Made by a program: the position numbers and the translations under genes. This document shows, in pieces, positions 58,876 to 64,000 of a stretch of 64,000 nucleotides of DNA. Source of the DNA: Chitinophagaceae bacterium (lineage in GTDB: Bacteria > Bacteroidota > Bacteroidia > Chitinophagales > Chitinophagaceae); NCBI GenBank assembly GCA_965246935.1, contig CBDFGC010000006.1, positions 293,961 to 357,960 of the forward strand. Reading direction: 5' to 3'. How positions within the stretch are numbered: position 1 is the stretch's first letter; each line of letters begins with the position of its first letter. The notes beneath the pieces were generated by a model. The model worked only from the letters and a program-made list of their open reading frames with translations. It did not search any database and was not told the DNA's origin.

Positions 58876-59211
58876 ATGAAAGTCATTGTAAAAAGAGTCA
58901 TTCTATTTTATACTGACAAATATCCACAAGCCCAAACAGCTTTATTAGTTTGGTATAGTGAGTTTCTGAAAATGGAATTTCAAAATTTCAATGAGTTAAA
59001 AGCGGTATATGGAAATGCAAGTATTGTAGCTAACAACCGGGTTATTTTCAATATTAAAGGAAATGATTACAGGCTGATTGTTTCAATAAACTTTAAACAA
59101 TCGGCAGCTTATGTAATTTGGTTTGGTACGCATAAAGAGTACGGCAGAATCAATGCTGAAATTATAAAGTCTGACACTGACATTTTACATTACAAAACAA
59201 AAGAGCTATGA
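58876..59211 (+). CDS. higB: HigB-family type II toxin (RelE/ParE superfamily)
   Basis: ~110 aa; FNIKGNDYRLIV...WFGTHKEYGRI matches HigB_toxin family; 4-nt overlap with downstream HTH antitoxin. Confidence 0.7.
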   Translation: MKVIVKRVILFYTDKYPQAQTALLVWYSEFLKMEFQNFNELKAVYGNASIVANNRVIFNIKGNDYRLIVSINFKQSAAYVIWFGTHKEYGRINAEIIKSDTDILHYKTKEL

Positions 59212-59564
59212 ATTGGAAAGTGATAAAAACAGAAGCTGAATATCAGGAAGCCATAAAAAGGACAATAGCTATTTTTCATGCAGAAGAAGACACCCAAGAA
59301 GAAGATGAGTTAGCCCTGTTGATATTACTGGTAAATGACTATGAAAATAAACATATTCATCTACCTCAGATTGACCCATTGGAGGTTATTAAATTAAAGA
59401 TGGAAGAACGTGGCCTCAAAGCAAAGGATTTGGAACCTATTATAGGAAGCAAAGGGCATGTTTCCTCCATCCTTTCCGGTAGACGTGAGATAACATTAAA
59501 AATGGCTCAAAAATTGAGGATTTTTTTTCAGTTGCCTGCTGAAATATTCTTACCTGCAGCTTAG
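59208..59564 (+). CDS. higA: HigA-family antitoxin (XRE-type HTH)
   Basis: C-terminal HTH GSKGHVSSILSGRREITLKMAQKL; toxin-first higBA order. Confidence 0.7.
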   Translation: MNWKVIKTEAEYQEAIKRTIAIFHAEEDTQEEDELALLILLVNDYENKHIHLPQIDPLEVIKLKMEERGLKAKDLEPIIGSKGHVSSILSGRREITLKMAQKLRIFFQLPAEIFLPAA

Positions 59565-59671
59565 GGTTGTGCGTAATTTTATAGACACCTGATGCTGTTT
59601 AGTATTTTAACACTTGTTGGAAAATAGATAAAAAATATTAAAGTATCGATTTTGTGTGCTGCAGGCACATT

Positions 59672-59907
59672 CTGTTTGTAGGCATATGGGTGATTAGGTG
59701 TTTTATGCCACGTAGTGGCTATCTGTTTAGCCACCGTGTACCTGACTTGACAGCGTTTGTTTAAAAGCTAAACAACTTCCTGATGTATTATTTCAAACAA
59801 CACTTGTTCCTTTACTTTAAAGTGATCAAACAGGTAGCCACTACGTGGCATGATGGCGTTTTTAAAGCCTTCATTGTTACAAACAGCTTGTACCTACAAC
59901 ACAATAG
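59672..59907. repeat. REP cluster: inverted REP pair (59706-59729 +, 59827-59850 -) plus degenerate copies
   Basis: gccacgtagtggctatctgtttag ... caaacaggtagccactacgtggca ... acaaacagcttgtacctacaac. Confidence 0.7.
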
Positions 59908-59979
59908 GCCATTGCATCTTGTTAGTAAAGCCCGGCGTACCTGTATTGTTAAAATACTAAATAGCTTCACCTGACTAAT

Positions 59980-60648
59980 ATGACACTTGACGAAGTAAGG
60001 GAGAAATTAGTATCTAAGAAATCTACAGACAGATTAAGGGCGACAAAGAAGATATCTAAAGAAAAAATTGCTGGCCTTGCCGACGAACTTTTTCTTGCCT
60101 ATGAAAAAGAAAGACGAGACCCCAGGACATGGGAACCACAGTCCGAAATGATAAAGGCTTTAGGTTTACTCAACCACAAACCAGCATTTAAATATATAGA
60201 AGAAATCGTCAGAAAAAATGTTCCGCATGACATGATTACAGGAAATGCTTCAATTGCATTTGTTCAACTAAAACGTAATTCTATATTTGACGCACAACCA
60301 GTATTAGAACTCTTAAGTTTTGGTAGCATATCAGTTATTTGTGGAGCATTACAGGCTCTTGCTGTCGACAAAATGTTGCCACCGAAAAATGAGATGGAAG
60401 AAATCTTAAAAATCAGCAGGGACGTCAACAAGCATAAAGACAGAATTGGACTTGAATACGGGCTTATGGATCCGAGAATATATTTAGCAATAGCTTGTGC
60501 AGGGTGGGACAAGATATTATGTGAAGGTTTTTTAAATTATTGCATCGAAACTGCATACGACATTAATAGGTTTGGCAAGCCAGTAGAAGACAATTACCTC
60601 ATTGCCATTTGTAAAAAATCTTTAACTGGAAAATATACCAGCTTTTAA
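59980..60648 (+). CDS. Hypothetical AT-rich protein (possibly alpha-helical repeat)
   Basis: 222-aa ORF, low GC, adjacent to REP cluster. Confidence 0.35.
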   Translation: MTLDEVREKLVSKKSTDRLRATKKISKEKIAGLADELFLAYEKERRDPRTWEPQSEMIKALGLLNHKPAFKYIEEIVRKNVPHDMITGNASIAFVQLKRNSIFDAQPVLELLSFGSISVICGALQALAVDKMLPPKNEMEEILKISRDVNKHKDRIGLEYGLMDPRIYLAIACAGWDKILCEGFLNYCIETAYDINRFGKPVEDNYLIAICKKSLTGKYTSF

Positions 60649-60817
60649 GACAGATACCCAATTACGCACAGCACGGCATTGGCATTGGGCGGTGGACACT
60701 TTGCGGCAGGTTGCGTTTGTCACTAAGCCGCCAATGCCAATGCTGAACCGTTATACGTTGCTGAATCTACTATTTCTTTTACCCAGTAAATAACATGATG
60801 AATGGGAAATTAGCTTT

Positions 60818-63800
60818 TTAAGGCTTCACTTCCACCTCTAACCCATCATTCCAATGCTTATGTTCCGGTGTGTAATACAAATACACATTGCTTGCTTTTC
60901 CTTTGTAGGTGCCGGCAATTTCTGCTTTCAGATCCAGGTTTATTTTTTTGGTTTCACCGGCTGCAAATCCCATCCAGTACAGCACTAAGTAATTGTCGAA
61001 AATTTCATAATAAGCCACCGCATTTTTCTCCATTATTTCCTTTAGCTGCCAGGGCTGCACCGATAAGCCGGCCGGGATACCGATTTTGGCAATAGCCATT
61101 GGTTGCAGTATGTCTTTTGTGTTGGTAACTGCAATTTCCATCCGTACTGTTTCTCCCACTTTGGTTTGTGAACCCGAAAGCGAAGTTTGCAGCTTTAATT
61201 CAGCTTTTGCACTATTTGGCGGTGTAAACGTATGATAAGCAACTTCCATATTATAGGGGATCGTTTCTTTATCGTTACCGTAGTTTACAGTAAAAGTATT
61301 AGACCCATCCTGTATGTTATTGCCGGCATTATCCGGTATGATAGCCTGTTGGTTAAGGGCAAATTGCACCTGTGTATGTTGGGCCGCTTTGCTTGTTAAT
61401 CTGGAATAGGCAACTACCGCATTCAGTGCCAGCACCGTACCCTGCGTAGAGCCATAACCGTAATAGGATTTTTCCGATAAAATTTTCGAAATCACCTGTG
61501 CCATTACGCCAACCTCCGGCGCCTTTTCCCTGGCCAGTGCAAGCGCATACAACGATAGTGCCTCCACCCGTAAAGATGCATCTCTTGAATTTACCACACT
61601 GGTTTCTGAAGAGAAGCCCCGTTTCTGATAATTATCTTTTAACAGGCCCATCAGCAGTGCAAAATCTTTTTCGTTGTGCATATTACTGGCAGCTAACGCC
61701 ATCATTGCCATTTGATAACCATCTTTACTGGCAATAGCTCTGCGAACGGCTGTGTCATACTCCAATTGTATTTCGCTGCCTATGCCAGCCTGCGTTAGTG
61801 AATAAACAATATAGGTGTTGGCAATGCGGTTAGGCACGGAGGCAAATCGGTCGTAGCCACCTGATGCCTGCATAAAACCACCTTTGCCATCGCGGCGGCT
61901 CAACAAAAATGCTTTGGTACGGGCAAGCATCTTTTTATCTACCGGAATAAATTCCTGCATATCCGTGAATTCCAGTAATCCATAAGCAGTAAGTGCTTCA
62001 TGCGGCGGGGTATGTCCAAACCATTCAAAACCGTCTTTAGCTGTTTCAAAACCAATTAAGCGTTTGTACCCTGCCTCAATATAGCTCAGCGCTTTTTTCT
62101 CAATTTCCGGATTCGATTTGCCGCTTTCCCGCAGGTATTTCAACACATATATATTTGGATACGTACTGGACGATGTTTGCTCAAAACAGCCATACGGTTC
62201 CCGCAACATGCTTTCTATTCCATCCAGCAATTGCCCTTCTAAATTACTGAATAGTTTAAGGCTGGTATGCAAACTTCCGGGAATCATTTTGTTAATAGCA
62301 AAGGGATGTTGCGCTGATGTATTGCCGGAAAATGTTTCTATCACCGGGAAGCCCTTGCTAACCGCCACAAAGGGCAGCGAAAGCGTTTCCTTTCCAAACT
62401 GGCTGCTTACTATAAAACGGATATCTCCTTGTGCAGGAGCGGTAGCTTCTACCTGAATTAATACCTGCATGGATGTGTTGGGTTCTACACGGATCGTATT
62501 ATTAAATTCCCCGGTTTTTACATCTTGCGGAAGCTGCAGGTTCAATGAAATAAGTAGCGTTTCAGCCCTGTTGTTTTTAATAACCAATGGCAGCAATGCC
62601 TTATCTCCAACCGTTACATAAGGTGGAATTTTTGCATCTATATTTAACGGGCTTTGCACGGCATAGGTAAATTCTGTTCTGCCCACTTTACCATTGTAGC
62701 CAATGCCTTCGGCTATTGCCCGGAAAGTAGTACTGGCATCCGAATTATAGAATTCAACAGAGGCTATTCCATCTTTGCCGGTTTGCACAACCGGGTTCCA
62801 GTAAATGGTTTCCCTGAAATCATTTCGTTCTGTTGTTTCTGTGGTGGTATAAACCGGTGCATAAAATTTCCGGGCAATGGCATACATGGTTCCGCCTGCA
62901 TAATAAGGCTGGGAAGCGTAGCGGTATTTTTTATTCAGGTTAATATGTATTTTTTCATTTCTACCCGGTTTTGACTGAATAATAATAACGCCGTTTGCTG
63001 CAACGCTTCCGTAAATAGCCGTAGCACTTGCATCTTTTAAAACGGTAATATTATCAATATCATTAGGGTTCATATTGAAGCCGAATTTTTCCATTGGCAC
63101 CCCATCCATCACAATCAGTGGCCGGGCGGCGCCGGATAAGGAAGCTGCACCTCTGATCCTGAACTGTTCCCGGTTTCCGGGGTTTGCGTTTGGCATTACC
63201 TGCAGCCCGGCTATCCGGCCATTCAGCAGCACTTCCATATTGTTAGCCGCAACAAGGTCCTGAGCATTTATCCGGATTACAGATCCGGTAATGGATTTCT
63301 TTCGCTGGGCTCCAAACCCAATCACCACTACTTCTTCCAGATTTGCATTTGCAGGTTGTAGCAGTAGGGCCCCTTCCTTTTTCAATAAGTTATCGCCCTT
63401 ATCTGCTGCTTTAGGCAGATTTACATTTATAAATTGCCTGTTAATTACCGCCGGTATTATTTCGCCATTTGCGGCAAATTGCTTAGCCCCTGTTGAAGGC
63501 AGCGCATTATAGGCCATACCATTTTGCAAACTGTTAATTATTATTTTTCCTTTTCCTTGCTTTGCCCTTGCAATTACCTGATAGTTTCTTCCCGGCAGCA
63601 GGTCAGAAAAAAGGAATCTGCCATCAGCGCCTGTTGTGGTTTCGATGGCTTTGCTTCCACCGGATGCATCTACCAGATACACCGTAGCCTGCACCGGCCT
63701 TTTCTGGTCATTTACAACAATACCGCTTAGTATATCGGGCTGATCGGGCATAAACCGCAGTTTACCTGCCTGTTGCACATATTCAATATAATCAAAATAC

Positions 63801-64000
63801 CGGTAACCATGGGTCAGCATTAGAAGATCCAATGCAGGTATGGCTTTGGGTTCATCTTTTTTAAAATAAAATTGTGGCTCTTCTATTTTCCCTTTCAATT
63901 CGCTGCTCAGCAACAGCCACGATAGTATATGATCCTGCTTATTATCGGCAAACGACCATAGCTTATCGTCTATTACCGATACCGATAAATTGGAGGGTAA
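60818..64000 (-). CDS. Alpha-2-macroglobulin family protein with CarbopepD-regulatory-like and TonB-plug-like N-terminal domains (5' end beyond window)
   Basis: Thioester-region motif PYGCFEQTSSSTYPN (CxEQ), MG domains, plug-like VVVIGFGAQRKKSITGSV / ITVLKDASATAIYGS; reading frame stays open to window edge. Confidence 0.7.
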   Translation of the reverse strand, partial: LPSNLSVSVIDDKLWSFADNKQDHILSWLLLSSELKGKIEEPQFYFKKDEPKAIPALDLLMLTHGYRYFDYIEYVQQAGKLRFMPDQPDILSGIVVNDQKRPVQATVYLVDASGGSKAIETTTGADGRFLFSDLLPGRNYQVIARAKQGKGKIIINSLQNGMAYNALPSTGAKQFAANGEIIPAVINRQFINVNLPKAADKGDNLLKKEGALLLQPANANLEEVVVIGFGAQRKKSITGSVIRINAQDLVAANNMEVLLNGRIAGLQVMPNANPGNREQFRIRGAASLSGAARPLIVMDGVPMEKFGFNMNPNDIDNITVLKDASATAIYGSVAANGVIIIQSKPGRNEKIHINLNKKYRYASQPYYAGGTMYAIARKFYAPVYTTTETTERNDFRETIYWNPVVQTGKDGIASVEFYNSDASTTFRAIAEGIGYNGKVGRTEFTYAVQSPLNIDAKIPPYVTVGDKALLPLVIKNNRAETLLISLNLQLPQDVKTGEFNNTIRVEPNTSMQVLIQVEATAPAQGDIRFIVSSQFGKETLSLPFVAVSKGFPVIETFSGNTSAQHPFAINKMIPGSLHTSLKLFSNLEGQLLDGIESMLREPYGCFEQTSSSTYPNIYVLKYLRESGKSNPEIEKKALSYIEAGYKRLIGFETAKDGFEWFGHTPPHEALTAYGLLEFTDMQEFIPVDKKMLARTKAFLLSRRDGKGGFMQASGGYDRFASVPNRIANTYIVYSLTQAGIGSEIQLEYDTAVRRAIASKDGYQMAMMALAASNMHNEKDFALLMGLLKDNYQKRGFSSETSVVNSRDASLRVEALSLYALALAREKAPEVGVMAQVISKILSEKSYYGYGSTQGTVLALNAVVAYSRLTSKAAQHTQVQFALNQQAIIPDNAGNNIQDGSNTFTVNYGNDKETIPYNMEVAYHTFTPPNSAKAELKLQTSLSGSQTKVGETVRMEIAVTNTKDILQPMAIAKIGIPAGLSVQPWQLKEIMEKNAVAYYEIFDNYLVLYWMGFAAGETKKINLDLKAEIAGTYKGKASNVYLYYTPEHKHWNDGLEVEVKP

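Noticed and set aside
1-64000. tRNA / rRNA genes
   Set aside because: No T-loop (GTTCGA/GTTCAAATCC-type) signatures or rRNA-conserved stretches found in intergenic regions.

Overview
This 64-kb window looks like a Bacteroidota chromosome segment (Chitinophagaceae-like), with T9SS C-terminal sorting domains, PnuC/NRK, GH3-family and AT-rich leaderless promoters. A housekeeping backbone (der, carB, rny, tig, clpP, clpX, mtgA, dacB, gltD-like, plsC, ung) is interspersed with accessory and mobile DNA. The backbone carries three unusual arrangements. (1) carB is split exactly at its interdomain linker into two intact ORFs, separated by a 0.6-kb AT-rich insertion that encodes a small multi-TM protein. 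(2) The tig-clpP-clpX region holds two intact clpP paralogs, and between them sits an inserted translationally coupled pair: a small unknown ORF plus a retropepsin-like (DTGA) aspartic protease. (3) A 1248-aa GH18-like, CE4 (NodB) deacetylase and processive GT2 fusion protein carries an in-frame ~264-bp MITE with 14-bp TIRs inside the GT2 catalytic domain, between the DAD and TED/QxxRW motifs. The main accessory block (32.5-43.9 kb) is a Type I R-M locus (hsdM, hsdS, hsdR). A REPtron has invaded it: an IS200-like HUH Y1 transposase (RAYT) flanked by oppositely oriented tandem arrays of a REP element with a GCCACGTAGTGGC core, one of them a CRISPR-like ~11-unit array. The hsdR gene there carries two single-base homopolymer frameshifts. 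More REP copies, nested inverted-repeat structures and several other small repeat families (MITE-like elements, a gggataa/hairpin element, heptamer tandem repeats next to start codons) are scattered through the window. Other content includes an ISAzo13-family IS with 20-bp TIRs and an A9 frameshift, a higBA toxin-antitoxin pair with a perfect palindromic operator, a flotillin-like SPFH protein, a SWIM-finger protein and a partial alpha-2-macroglobulin gene. No tRNA, rRNA or true CRISPR-Cas was found.
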